From an uncultured Candidatus Saccharibacteria bacterium (lineage in GTDB: Bacteria; Patescibacteriota; Minisyncoccia; Phycocordibacterales; JACOZG01), in the NCBI GenBank assembly GCA_964648765.1, contig CAZYLF010000002.1, positions 3,537 through 67,536 on the forward strand: 64,000 nucleotides of DNA. Direction: 5' to 3'. The translations under genes were made by a program, and so were the position numbers. Position 1 is the stretch's first letter. Each line of letters opens with the position of its first letter. Of this stretch, positions 1 to 9,264 are shown in pieces. The notes under the pieces were generated by a model. The model had not been told where the DNA came from. It saw only the letters and a program-made list of their open reading frames with translations, and did no database searches.

Positions 1-2
1 GC

Positions 3-221
3 GACACATACAAACTCCGGGGTTTCGATACCTTCTCAAGTGAGTGGTACGATCTCGAGGGAGAATACGACAATGAGGCTGCGGCTAAAGCGGCGGCGAA
101 GCACCGCTTAGCCAACCTGGAGAGGACTCAACCAGCCAGGACCTCAGGCGGACAGAACGGAATCCAGGATCGAGTCTTCATCGTCCGTCCCGACGGAAGT
201 CAGTATCGATACTCTGAATGA
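3..221 (+). CDS. hypothetical protein, 5'-truncated by window edge
   Basis: Open frame from window start (DTYKLRGFDTF...RYSE) ending TGA at 219-221, followed by a terminator. Confidence 0.65.
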   Translation, partial: DTYKLRGFDTFSSEWYDLEGEYDNEAAAKAAAKHRLANLERTQPARTSGGQNGIQDRVFIVRPDGSQYRYSE

Positions 222-237
222 CAAGAGACTGTCGCAA

Positions 238-273
238 GCCGCCATGTACCTTATGGTACAAGGCGGTTTTTTT
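238..273 (+). terminator. intrinsic terminator
   Basis: GCCGCCATGTACC-TTAT-GGTACAAGGCGGT hairpin followed by a T-run. Confidence 0.75.
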
Positions 274-290
274 GTTGCCGAAAATGCCCC

Positions 291-320
291 TTGACAAGTG
301 TGTGTATAATATGCTAAAAT
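291..320 (+). promoter_or_regulatory. sigma70 promoter
   Basis: TTGACA (291-296) and extended -10 TGcTAAAAT (312-320). Confidence 0.6.
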
Positions 321-389
321 AGCCACGGAAATGTTCGGTAAGGTTGTGATTTGATAATCACGATTAAGCCGTAAAAAGGAGGTAAAAAA

Positions 390-596
390 ATGGGCGGACT
401 GATTATCGCTGCCAAATTTATTGTGGGGCTCTGTGTGGGGCTCTTCATTGGGTACGTGACAGAAAAATACATGGAGTCTGAATCTGGGGTAAATAAGTGC
501 CACTGTGGTTGGGACGCAGACGGTCGTACGTGGGGGTTCTGCGGCCAATGTGGCAAAAAAAGAGGAGAGCATATGCAAATCAAATCCCACTGTTAA
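390..596 (+). CDS. small membrane protein with Cys-rich (CxC..CxxC) tail
   Basis: AAGGAGG SD upstream; N-terminal hydrophobic helix; four Cys. Confidence 0.6.
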   Translation: MGGLIIAAKFIVGLCVGLFIGYVTEKYMESESGVNKCHCGWDADGRTWGFCGQCGKKRGEHMQIKSHC

Positions 597-692
597 CCGA
601 AGAGTTTGGGAGGTCTCACTAAAACCTCCCCCGATACTCAAGTGTGTACTTGGGCTGATGATCCTAAAAAGGTGAAATCAGGAAATTGATCT

Positions 693-1103
693 TTGGAAAA
701 ACGAAGGGAGAAATTAATGATCTGCGGTACGATTTCAGTTGAAAAGAAGCGTTTGCTTCTCTGCCATTTGATGGCTTTGGTCGGTGGCGTAATTGTTCAG
801 ATTGCGTTCCTTGGTTTTGCGAATGAAGTCAGTATCTGGGCCGGAAATGATGTGGACGGAACAGTCTTGCCATTCTTTTTAGCCGGCATACTGCTATCCA
901 TCTTCTACATTCCAGCTCGACCAATCCTCAAAACAAAGGATGCTTGGCTGTGGACGATCCTTATTTCATCCTTTGCTGGAATGGTGATTGTCTTGCAAGT
1001 ATTGGGCATCATGAGTAAAGGGTTGCTTCTTTATTCAGGCGGAATCCTACTCGTGGCAACACTTATGACAACATTTATCGTAGATCCAGAAGGTAATGTA
1101 TAG
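693..1103 (+). CDS. hypothetical 4-TM membrane protein
   Basis: Four hydrophobic segments; start may be ATG 717. Confidence 0.65.
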   Translation: MEKRREKLMICGTISVEKKRLLLCHLMALVGGVIVQIAFLGFANEVSIWAGNDVDGTVLPFFLAGILLSIFYIPARPILKTKDAWLWTILISSFAGMVIVLQVLGIMSKGLLLYSGGILLVATLMTTFIVDPEGNV

Positions 1104-1136
1104 CAATAACCTTACCTGATCACAATTCTAACCATC

Positions 1137-1169
1137 GCCGACGCACCCAATGCGTCGGCTTTTTTCTTT
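1137..1169 (+). terminator. intrinsic terminator between convergent genes
   Basis: GCCGACGCA-CCCAA-TGCGTCGGC followed by a T-run. Confidence 0.7.
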
Positions 1170-1394
1170 TTAATTTTCCTGCATCAACTTCGTAATCTCC
1201 GCTTGGTGCAATTGCATTACTTGCTGAGCGGCGGTTTGTTGGTCGAGGCCGGTTTTGGTTTTGGCTTCAATTTCGCCAGCGATTTTTTTAAAAAGTTCGG
1301 GATTCTTATTCACCATTTTTAAAACCATATCCACCTGCCCCTCCGGCACCCCCTGCGCCTTCAACATCTTCTTCAAAAAAAAATCTTTAAACAT
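1170..1394 (-). CDS. small helical hypothetical protein
   Basis: 74-aa ORF preceded by TGGTACACT-N7-ATG (leaderless type). Confidence 0.7.
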   Translation of the reverse strand: MFKDFFLKKMLKAQGVPEGQVDMVLKMVNKNPELFKKIAGEIEAKTKTGLDQQTAAQQVMQLHQAEITKLMQEN

Positions 1395-1448
1395 GTTGCC
1401 GAGTGTACCAAATTTATGCTATTTTTACCAAATCGGTTTGTGAAGAAA

Positions 1449-1524
1449 GGGCCCTTAGCTCATTTGGTAGAGCGCATCCATGGCATGGATGAGGCGACCG
1501 GTTCGATCCCGGTAGGGTCCACCA
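1449..1524 (+). tRNA. tRNA-Ala(GGC)
   Basis: Cloverleaf: GGGCCCT/AGGGTCC acceptor with G3-U70, anticodon stem CATCC/GGATG with loop ATGGCAT, GGTTCGATCC T-arm, encoded CCA. Confidence 0.97.
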
Positions 1525-1528
1525 CATT

Positions 1529-2875
1529 GTGCAATCAATCACGCAAATTGAGAAAGATAAATTAGAATGGCGAGAAAGAATATTTTCCGCTCCTTTACTG
1601 CGTCTTTTAATCAGCTTCACCGTCCCCTCTTTTATCTCTATTGCCGCGGTTTTTCTTTTTGGTGTTGTAGACACTTACTTCGCCTCCAAGCTTGGCACCA
1701 CCGCGCTAGCCGCCATGGGGGCAAGCTTTCCTGTGCTCTTTATGATTACCACTATTGGTCTCGGACTTGGGGTAGGAACATTAAGCTACATTGCCCCAAA
1801 AATTGGAAGGAGCGAGTTTAACCAAGCAGCTCTAGCCACAGGTCACGGCATAATTTTTATCTTAATCGTCTCGGCAATTATTGCCGTTATTGGATTTTTT
1901 GCCTCTGACATCTATCTTCAAAGTCTGGGAGTTGAGGCGGGTGTTTTTGATCTTGCAAAAACTTACAACAACATTGTTATCTATGGCGCTTTTTTATACA
2001 TTCTCCCAATCGTGCTCGCGGCCATGATCCGAGCCAGTGGCAATGCCAACATGCCAGCTATAATCATGGGAATTGGCTGTTTACTTAATATAATTTTAGA
2101 TCCCATTTTGATGTTTGGTTTAGGACCAGCTCCACGTCTTGAGTTAGCCGGCGCTGCATATGCCACTGTGGCCTCGGCAGCGGTTGCAGGGATAATTGGA
2201 CTCATCTATATGATTCGAGAGCGGATGATCCGCTTTGATTGGACAGGCTTAACAAATTCACTGAAGCACATTTCTTACGTCGGCGGGTTATCAACATTTA
2301 GTAACTTATTATTACCATTCGCTTTTTCCCTCATTACTATGAAGTTAGCTGGTTTTGGTACTGGGGTGATAGGGGGCGCCGGTTTAGGCATGAAGCTTGA
2401 ACCACTATTACTAGCTCTACCTATTGCCATGACCGCTTCAGTGCCGCCAATTGTGGGGATCACCTGGGGCGCAAACAATATTGTCCGCACTCGGCAAACT
2501 ATCAAACTAGCTAATAAAATTGTTTTTGTTTGGCAATTAATAGTTGCGGCAATAATCTGGATTTTAGCCGGATCAATAGTGTCTTTATTCACGCAGGAAG
2601 CGTCAGTGGCAGAAAGTGCTATTTTATATTTACGATTAATTAGTTTAACTTACGGATTCGAGGGTATGTTATTTGTAATTTCATCTTCACTTAATGCCAT
2701 CGGCAAACCCATCCCCTCTTTTTTAATCAACAGCATACGTCTCTTAATTTTAGTTTCTCTGTTATATATTTTTTCCACAGGCTTTTCAATGCTTTGGGTT
2801 TATGGCACAATAATGGCAAGTAATATTACTGCTGGCATACTCGCATTATGGATACAAAAATACATTATAAAATAA
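1529..2875 (+). CDS. MATE family efflux transporter
   Basis: 12-TM pattern; VDTYFASKLGTTALAA, NIILDPILMFG and GAAYAT motifs. Confidence 0.92.
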   Translation: MQSITQIEKDKLEWRERIFSAPLLRLLISFTVPSFISIAAVFLFGVVDTYFASKLGTTALAAMGASFPVLFMITTIGLGLGVGTLSYIAPKIGRSEFNQAALATGHGIIFILIVSAIIAVIGFFASDIYLQSLGVEAGVFDLAKTYNNIVIYGAFLYILPIVLAAMIRASGNANMPAIIMGIGCLLNIILDPILMFGLGPAPRLELAGAAYATVASAAVAGIIGLIYMIRERMIRFDWTGLTNSLKHISYVGGLSTFSNLLLPFAFSLITMKLAGFGTGVIGGAGLGMKLEPLLLALPIAMTASVPPIVGITWGANNIVRTRQTIKLANKIVFVWQLIVAAIIWILAGSIVSLFTQEASVAESAILYLRLISLTYGFEGMLFVISSSLNAIGKPIPSFLINSIRLLILVSLLYIFSTGFSMLWVYGTIMASNITAGILALWIQKYIIK

Positions 2876-3228
2876 TTGCCGATTGCGTCGCGACAATTCA
2901 TGCTGCTTATAACATCTACCTACTTGCTGGGTCGATAATTTCAATTGCGATACCAGGATATGCCCCCTTCCACATTGCGGTTGTATTCATCAACGTTACC
3001 ATCAACCATTTCATTGGTGGCTGTCCGCTTACTCAACTTGAACGTTTTTACCGATTCCAACATGACGAAAATTGCCTATTTGGAGAAACATTTTACGGGC
3101 ATTATTTTTTTGACAAGATTCTTGGTATTGAAGCCACTAAACGCCAAGTCACGCTCTTTCTCTTTTTTACTAAGGTCTTACCGGTAGTTATTCCGATCTC
3201 GGTAGTTATAAAGACTATTCTGAAATAG
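2848..3228 (+). CDS. DUF2784-like membrane protein
   Basis: IADxVATIH...GGCPLTQLE motif. Confidence 0.65.
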   Translation: MDTKIHYKIIADCVATIHAAYNIYLLAGSIISIAIPGYAPFHIAVVFINVTINHFIGGCPLTQLERFYRFQHDENCLFGETFYGHYFFDKILGIEATKRQVTLFLFFTKVLPVVIPISVVIKTILK

Positions 3229-5682
3229 ATTGTTGGGATCATACTGCTGTTTGAGTGCAAAGAATTTTTCTGCTTGTGGGTAAGATTTATTAAACTGGGC
3301 TTTAGTGGCGTGAAGTTCATAAGCGAGATAAAATTTTCCTCCACAGCTGATCGCCAAGTCTATTAACTCACCTACCATCTGCGAGGCATCCGCATAACTC
3401 TCAATATCTCTTCCGCGATTACAGTAAAACATCAGTGAAAAGCAGTCTTCACTCGCGTAAGTAAGGAGGACTTTACTGTCTCCGGCAATAAAGCGCACCG
3501 TTGCTCCAATCACATTGGCATCGTGACGAGTGAGGATAGCTCGGGCTTGAGTCACAAAAGTTTGGAACTTATCAAGCGGAATAAAATATTCCTGCACATA
3601 ATCTACGTTGTAATGGGAATAACGATCAAGAAATTTAAGTGGCGTGGCTGGCGGCCGCTTAGCATTGTTGGTTGTTAATAATACCTTTTTTCCAAATTGA
3701 GAGGCGAGACCCCTTTCTAAACGCCAACAAGCGCTTTTCAACTTAGGAAAATTTCGAGAAAATCCTAAGAAAAATTTATCTCTTAAAACATTCCTTTCGT
3801 CTGTAAGAGCTATTGGTGAAGCTGTTTGGGTTTTTTTGTGGGTGACGATAGACGCCTCAAGAAGTAAGTTAGTGGGCACAATAGACAATCGCGCCGCAAA
3901 TAGTCGCAAGTCGGGGTCTGATTTTCTTAAATCAAAAAAGTACTTGGGGAGATCTTCAACTGGCATAATAGCCATGGTTTGTTCTAAAAATTCATTATCA
4001 ATTAGCTGTAGAGTGACCTCAAGCACAAGTCCAAGGAGGCCGTAGCCTCCAATTACACCGTAGAATAATTCAGGAGATTCCGTAGGTGATACGGTTTTAA
4101 TAGTGCCATCTGCAAAAAGCACACGTAGTGAGAGTATGGTGGTGCTGATAGTGCAAGTGGCAATTTGCCGCCCATGGATATTAGCGGCGATTGATCCTCC
4201 CACAGTAAAATCTATAGACGATTGCATCGCAGCCACCGCTAAGCCCGCTGGATTAATAATGCGATGAACCTCGTCCCAAGTAGTACCGCTACGTACGGTG
4301 ATTATTTTTTTACTAGGATCAAAAGAAACAACACCTCGATATTCTCTCAAATTAATTAGGTGAGAAAGTGGTGCAAATTGTTGCCCTCCCTGACTTTGGC
4401 TAGCACCACAAATCGCTACCGTTTGATGCTTTTCTGTTTTCTTAACAATATCAACAATCTCCTCTTCTTTAGTTGGAGTACTAACTTTATTTACATACCA
4501 TTTTCTTACATGATGCTTATCAGTAACGCCGACATGTGTAGGTTTAAGTTCAAAAAATTTATCGCCCTGGCCGCTATTAAAAAATTTAGGGTAACAAGGG
4601 AAAAAGCATAAATGTTCTGCAATATATTCTAGCGAGGACGGCGCCACGCCCTCACGATTAGGCACGGGGGTGAGTGACGTGGTGCCACCACGCGCCGCAT
4701 CAATCCCCAACTTCCGCTGCCCTCTCACAAACACTGCTGGATCATCAACCAAAATTGGGTATAGCCAGTAGGTTAACTCAGAACATTCCATGCCAATTCT
4801 CTTATATTGAGTTGGCAAATATTTATCATAGAGCTTGCCAATTGCTTGGCACTCCTTAAAGCGGTCAATGTTGTAAGTTCGAAATCGTCGAGCCAAAAGT
4901 TTACGAAGTGGGAGGCTTGGACGCTTTCTGATTTGATCAAGTAAATCCTGGGATTTAAACGCGCGAGTCGATGACCCAATCACCTGGTCAATATCTTTTG
5001 ATAGTAGCGTACAAAGTTGATAAAAAATTCTGTATATAAGTGGGATGGAGAGAACTTTAATCGAAGTATGCTTAATAATTGTACGAAGATAAGAAAAACG
5101 ACTTTGAACTGGATAACTATTTTGAAGGTTTCGCCACTTTTTTTCGAGTTCCGGATCACGGAAAGAAAAAATCGCACCACCCAAAGCGGTCGCAAATTTA
5201 AGCGGTCCAAAACTTACCATCGTGACATCCGCCACGCTGTTATTAAAAGTATCAAATCCAGTAAATACTTGAGCGCTATCTTCAATTAAAAATAATGAAT
5301 GCTTTTTAGCCCAATCAGCAATTTCCCCCAGATCATTTCGGCAACCAAACATATGCGTTATCACCACCGCTTTTATTTTAGGAGTTACAGCGCTCTCTAA
5401 ATCAGCGAGTGACGGCAATAGTGTGTCGGGTGAGACATCGCAACCGATAGGGATAATCTTGTGCGCCCGCACAATCTCAAGCATGCTCGGTATTGTCATC
5501 CCGGGCATAATAATCTCACTTTGTTCAGGAAAGTTTAAAGTAGACAGCAAAGCGTCAAAGCCGGTCCGAACTGAGAAACAAGGTTGGTATTTTTCTCCAA
5601 ACACTCCTCGAGGGCTGAAAAGATAGAGCGTCCCAAACGCTAAATCACGCCACCTAATATCAAGTAACTTTCTTGGATACAT
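3178..5682 (-). CDS. fusion of DegT/DnrJ/EryC1/StrS PLP aminotransferase and FAD-binding (VAO/ALO/DprE1-like) oxidoreductase
   Basis: N-half: THMFG, IEDSAQ, SFGPLK (PLP Lys); C-half: GASQSQGGQ, TVGGSIAANIHG, GGYGLLG, YDPNNLFQN. Confidence 0.85.
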   Translation of the reverse strand: MYPRKLLDIRWRDLAFGTLYLFSPRGVFGEKYQPCFSVRTGFDALLSTLNFPEQSEIIMPGMTIPSMLEIVRAHKIIPIGCDVSPDTLLPSLADLESAVTPKIKAVVITHMFGCRNDLGEIADWAKKHSLFLIEDSAQVFTGFDTFNNSVADVTMVSFGPLKFATALGGAIFSFRDPELEKKWRNLQNSYPVQSRFSYLRTIIKHTSIKVLSIPLIYRIFYQLCTLLSKDIDQVIGSSTRAFKSQDLLDQIRKRPSLPLRKLLARRFRTYNIDRFKECQAIGKLYDKYLPTQYKRIGMECSELTYWLYPILVDDPAVFVRGQRKLGIDAARGGTTSLTPVPNREGVAPSSLEYIAEHLCFFPCYPKFFNSGQGDKFFELKPTHVGVTDKHHVRKWYVNKVSTPTKEEEIVDIVKKTEKHQTVAICGASQSQGGQQFAPLSHLINLREYRGVVSFDPSKKIITVRSGTTWDEVHRIINPAGLAVAAMQSSIDFTVGGSIAANIHGRQIATCTISTTILSLRVLFADGTIKTVSPTESPELFYGVIGGYGLLGLVLEVTLQLIDNEFLEQTMAIMPVEDLPKYFFDLRKSDPDLRLFAARLSIVPTNLLLEASIVTHKKTQTASPIALTDERNVLRDKFFLGFSRNFPKLKSACWRLERGLASQFGKKVLLTTNNAKRPPATPLKFLDRYSHYNVDYVQEYFIPLDKFQTFVTQARAILTRHDANVIGATVRFIAGDSKVLLTYASEDCFSLMFYCNRGRDIESYADASQMVGELIDLAISCGGKFYLAYELHATKAQFNKSYPQAEKFFALKQQYDPNNLFQNSLYNYRDRNNYR

Positions 5683-5724
5683 CGCTCGATCCTAGCATAT
5701 TACATAAAAGAGAAAACAATTGAA

Positions 5725-6165
5725 TTAATCCCACCTCCACATCCGATCAATTCCCCAAAAGCGCCCAGCTTGAGTGGCGGCAAAAAATAACAAAACTAGT
5801 GCGTAAATAATATGCTCATCTACAATATACGCATGAGCGTTCGGATGTGGGTAATCAAGAATTACCAAATAGTAGAGAATCATCATACCTGCACCTAAGA
5901 GTGAACTTAGGCGCACAAAGGCTCCAAGAATTAAAGCGAGGCCAAGTAAAGTTAAACCCCACTCGTTTAAAAAGTTAGTGATGGGAAGAATGCTCTCACT
6001 GGCAAGCCAAGAGTAAAACCCGGTGAAGTTTTTCGCACCAGCCAAATAACCTGCAGCCGACCACTCGCTATCAAGTACTTTAGTAATACCTGCGTAGAAA
6101 AATAACCATCCCATTGCTACCCGAAGTAAGAGTAATATAAGTTTTGGGGTTTTATATAATTCCAT
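5725..6165 (-). CDS. DoxX family membrane protein
   Basis: LLRVAMGWLFFYAGITK and AGRFWGID motifs. Confidence 0.85.
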   Translation of the reverse strand: MELYKTPKLILLLLRVAMGWLFFYAGITKVLDSEWSAAGYLAGAKNFTGFYSWLASESILPITNFLNEWGLTLLGLALILGAFVRLSSLLGAGMMILYYLVILDYPHPNAHAYIVDEHIIYALVLLFFAATQAGRFWGIDRMWRWD

Positions 6166-6174
6166 ATTATTATT

Positions 6175-6708
6175 TTATTTTGATAAAACCTTCCCCTGCT
6201 CACGAATCATAATCTCTTTTACCATATCCGGACTACGCAAACCCCTGACCACAAACTCGTTCAATTCTCCCGCCGACTGAATACTTAAGTCACCATAGTG
6301 AAGCAAAGTCGGTAAGATTCCGTGTGAATTTATCGTAATATCTTGTACTGTTTCAAGTCTAATAGTTGCAATGTTACGCGAAAAAAATCCCCGCTGGTCT
6401 ATATCAATAATACGCTTATTGGTGATTTTAACCACATCAAGTGTGTAATCCGTAATCACGGCAAATCCCATAATCCAAATTACCAAAAACCATAACGAGC
6501 CAAAAAAGACCACATGGCCAAGAGAGATTTTGCCAGCAAAACTCCCAACCGTAACAGGTAAACTATTAATAATTAGCAAGATGATAAGCGGCAAGAGGAT
6601 TGCCAACGCAAGCGAAAGCAATTCTACCAAAATTAAAAACCAATGCTTACGCGCATCATGCACCACCAGCTCTCCCTCCTCTAAAATAATTGGGTTTGAG
6701 TATTTCAT
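6175..6708 (-). CDS. membrane protein with bacterial PH domain (bPH_2)
   Basis: 2 TM plus ITNKRIIDIDQRGFF..VQDI..YGDLSIQSAG; ATGA-coupled to upstream gene. Confidence 0.8.
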   Translation of the reverse strand: MKYSNPIILEEGELVVHDARKHWFLILVELLSLALAILLPLIILLIINSLPVTVGSFAGKISLGHVVFFGSLWFLVIWIMGFAVITDYTLDVVKITNKRIIDIDQRGFFSRNIATIRLETVQDITINSHGILPTLLHYGDLSIQSAGELNEFVVRGLRSPDMVKEIMIREQGKVLSK

Positions 6709-6914
6709 ATAATCTGAAAGTAACTCCAAATCATCGCGCCCAAAGCCGCAAGCGACCCGAGATAATACACCGGTCGCGCTAATTTAATGGCTCTAACATC
6801 TCGACCATATCTCCCCCAGTGAAATGAGAGTACGATTGTGGCCACCAAAAATGCCAAAACTGCCGCCAACAGAAATAAGAAATATATTTGATCAACTAAA
6901 AATGTTTTGGTCAT
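6705..6914 (-). CDS. small 2-TM membrane protein
   Basis: ATGA overlaps with both neighbours; FHWxRYG motif. Confidence 0.65.
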   Translation of the reverse strand: MTKTFLVDQIYFLFLLAAVLAFLVATIVLSFHWGRYGRDVRAIKLARPVYYLGSLAALGAMIWSYFQII

Positions 6915-7495
6915 AAAAGTTGCCAAGCTTTAATGGCTGCCACCGGGTAAATGAGCATTATAATATTAATAATTAAATTATCTTTTATCCACAGCGCAAG
7001 CAACACTTCAAGCAAAACAAAAAACAGTAGTGACTTTTTAACCGAGAGTTTGGCTGCAATTAGGAAGCCCATGATCATGGCTATCATGTCGCCAACGGAG
7101 TTTAAAATACTGTCGCCATAATAATCAAGAGATATTGTGGCTTCACGATATTTATTTATCACCATGTCGGTGTTCTCCAAAATCTCCCAGCCGCCCTCAA
7201 GCGCTACAGCGATTATTAATCTCGGACCCACCGGCAAACCACGCGCCACCAAATGAAGAAGCGCGTAAAAGCCTAAACCGTGCGTAACATGCGTAAGAGA
7301 GTAGTGGTCAGCGAGGCGTTGAGAGTTTTGTTGACTCCAGATATCTCCCGACCAAAGTCCGGGAACACCGCTTGGTCCCCAAGCAGTGCGGCCCATTTGG
7401 CCTAAGATTAGAGCAGTTGCAATAATTAATACCGTGCAGAAAAGAAAAGTTTTAACATATCTATTCGTCACTGTTGTCATCTTCACCTTCACCAC
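6911..7495 (-). CDS. DUF2585 (UPF0314) family protein
   Basis: NSQRLADHYSLTHVTHG, WEILENT, YYGDSILNSVGD. Confidence 0.85.
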   Translation of the reverse strand: MVKVKMTTVTNRYVKTFLFCTVLIIATALILGQMGRTAWGPSGVPGLWSGDIWSQQNSQRLADHYSLTHVTHGLGFYALLHLVARGLPVGPRLIIAVALEGGWEILENTDMVINKYREATISLDYYGDSILNSVGDMIAMIMGFLIAAKLSVKKSLLFFVLLEVLLALWIKDNLIINIIMLIYPVAAIKAWQLL

Positions 7496-8066
7496 GAGTC
7501 TTGAATAACTTTATTGGACTTTGAGAAATTTTGCCGTCTACGTCTTTAGACACCGCGCGGTAAAAATACTGAGTCCCGCTTTCTAGATCATCAAGAGTAA
7601 ACGAATGGGTGAGAGATAGATCATCCTCAGAAACCTTAGACGCATCGCCCATCTCAATCTCAGTGCGAGTTTTGGTGTACCACACCATACCGTCAGCTTC
7701 TTTATTTGTCTTCCAGCTGATCATCACAGAATCTGTGCCACGCTCAGTAACTTTGAGCATTTCCACACCTGGTTTTTTGTTCTCAAACTTTAAAATTTTC
7801 CGACAACGAGCTGTTGGCTTTTCATATCCTTTTTTAATACAAAGTGGCTTTTTAACTTCTCTTCCGTCGGCTTGTCTCTGCGGCTTAATTTCAGTTCGCC
7901 CTGTCAACTCCTGAAGTTTGGCCCTTAATGCGTTAATCTGCTTAAAAATCTCTTCAATTTGCGCTTTTTTATTACTGTCAGAAATTGTCTCTTCTGCTTG
8001 AACATTTTGTGCTCCAGCAAAAAATACTACAGCCAAAAACAAAAAGGTTAATGTTATTTTTTTCAT
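7461..8066 (-). CDS. secreted protein with C-terminal fibronectin-III/purple-acid-phosphatase-N-like domain
   Basis: Signal peptide MKKITL; ISWKTN..H..TL.DL.SGTQYFYR. Confidence 0.75.
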   Translation of the reverse strand: MKKITLTFLFLAVVFFAGAQNVQAEETISDSNKKAQIEEIFKQINALRAKLQELTGRTEIKPQRQADGREVKKPLCIKKGYEKPTARCRKILKFENKKPGVEMLKVTERGTDSVMISWKTNKEADGMVWYTKTRTEIEMGDASKVSEDDLSLTHSFTLDDLESGTQYFYRAVSKDVDGKISQSPIKLFKTRGEGEDDNSDE

Positions 8067-8106
8067 AACACTAATTATCTCACTTCTCAAACTTTTGTCT
8101 ACAAAA

Positions 8107-9006
8107 CTAGTCGAATATTACAATTAGATACTTATCAATCTCGCGTTGTTCCACATCATAAAAATGGGCATCATCTTTGTGTAATTTAGCTGCCAGCTCC
8201 TCACCCACAAAACGCCAATGCCAAGGTTCAAACTGGTAATACGCATTATTTTCAGGATACGAAAGTACAAAGCCATAACGATAGGCGTTATCGAGTAACC
8301 ATTTATATGCCTCGGTTTTATCAATCCCCTCAAAAGCATTGCCTAGTAAAGCGGTAGTGAGGTCCACAGTTGTGCCAAGTTGGTGCTCTGAGTAACCTTG
8401 ATCGGCCGAGAATTGATTGGCTGTGCCAGCGCCATAAATAAATTTGTAACCATTTTTTACTGCGGTTTGCTCGCTAAAAGAGCGATATGCAGAGATGATT
8501 TTAAGATCATGACCGTCACGTTTAGCTCGACTTAATAAACGCTCAAGAAAAGGCAGTACCTTGGCGTGAATTTGCTCTTTATCGCCAACGGGGAAAATAT
8601 AATCAGAATCAATTTGTACCAAACGATCAGGCACATAATGCTCGTTTAAAAAGTAAACTTTAGAATATTTTTGTAAAAGTTCCTTATCGGTTTTACTTAA
8701 TTTATCTAGATTGGTAACGGTTTTTGAAATGTCTTTAATTTGATCCTCAAAATCATCATTGCGCTCGCGCTCTTCATCAAGTTCGTCATTTAATTCATCA
8801 TTAAACTCCTTTTCTTTTTCGAGATCCTGTTCAAGTTTAGCCACTTTAGCAGTAAAATCTTCAGTACTTGAAGCGAATTGCATTTTAGTTGCCTCGAGTT
8901 CAGCATTTGCCTTTTTGCCCTGAACATAGCTAAAACCCAAGCCCACGCCAAGGCCAATTGCCACGATCGTTAAGATTGAAAGATATACCTTTTCCTTACC
9001 TGCCAT
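8107..9006 (-). CDS. M15B D-Ala-D-Ala carboxypeptidase (VanY-like), membrane anchored with coiled coil
   Basis: SAYRS, SEHQLGTTVD and EPWHWRF motifs. Confidence 0.9.
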   Translation of the reverse strand: MAGKEKVYLSILTIVAIGLGVGLGFSYVQGKKANAELEATKMQFASSTEDFTAKVAKLEQDLEKEKEFNDELNDELDEERERNDDFEDQIKDISKTVTNLDKLSKTDKELLQKYSKVYFLNEHYVPDRLVQIDSDYIFPVGDKEQIHAKVLPFLERLLSRAKRDGHDLKIISAYRSFSEQTAVKNGYKFIYGAGTANQFSADQGYSEHQLGTTVDLTTALLGNAFEGIDKTEAYKWLLDNAYRYGFVLSYPENNAYYQFEPWHWRFVGEELAAKLHKDDAHFYDVEQREIDKYLIVIFD

Positions 9007-9081
9007 AGAGTCCGATTCTAGCATAGTTTCCAAAATAAGTTAAAACAAAAAGCTCCAGGGGCAATAAATAACCACGGGAGC

Positions 9082-9165
9082 TTAAGAGCGTCGGTGCAAA
9101 CCGATCAAAAAAAGAATAAACAAACCGAAAATGACGATATATAGAGAAAGACCTCCCGGTGGCAT
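9082..9165 (-). CDS. 27-aa single-TM peptide (MPPGGLSLYIVIFGLFILFLIGLHRRS)
   Basis: AGAAAGGAGG SD, TGCTAAAAT -10 upstream, hairpin downstream; below ORF-track cutoff. Confidence 0.6.
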   Translation of the reverse strand: MPPGGLSLYIVIFGLFILFLIGLHRRS

Positions 9166-9264
9166 ACTCGCCTCCTTTCTACATTCAATTTTAGCACCAC
9201 TTAACTACAAAAGAAAAAAGCGCGCGATTGTAACAATCGCGCGCTCGTACTTCAAAACACCAAA

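Noticed and set aside
144-641. 165-aa minus-strand ORF
   Set aside because: Runs antisense across a terminator, a promoter and an SD-led plus-strand gene; shadow ORF
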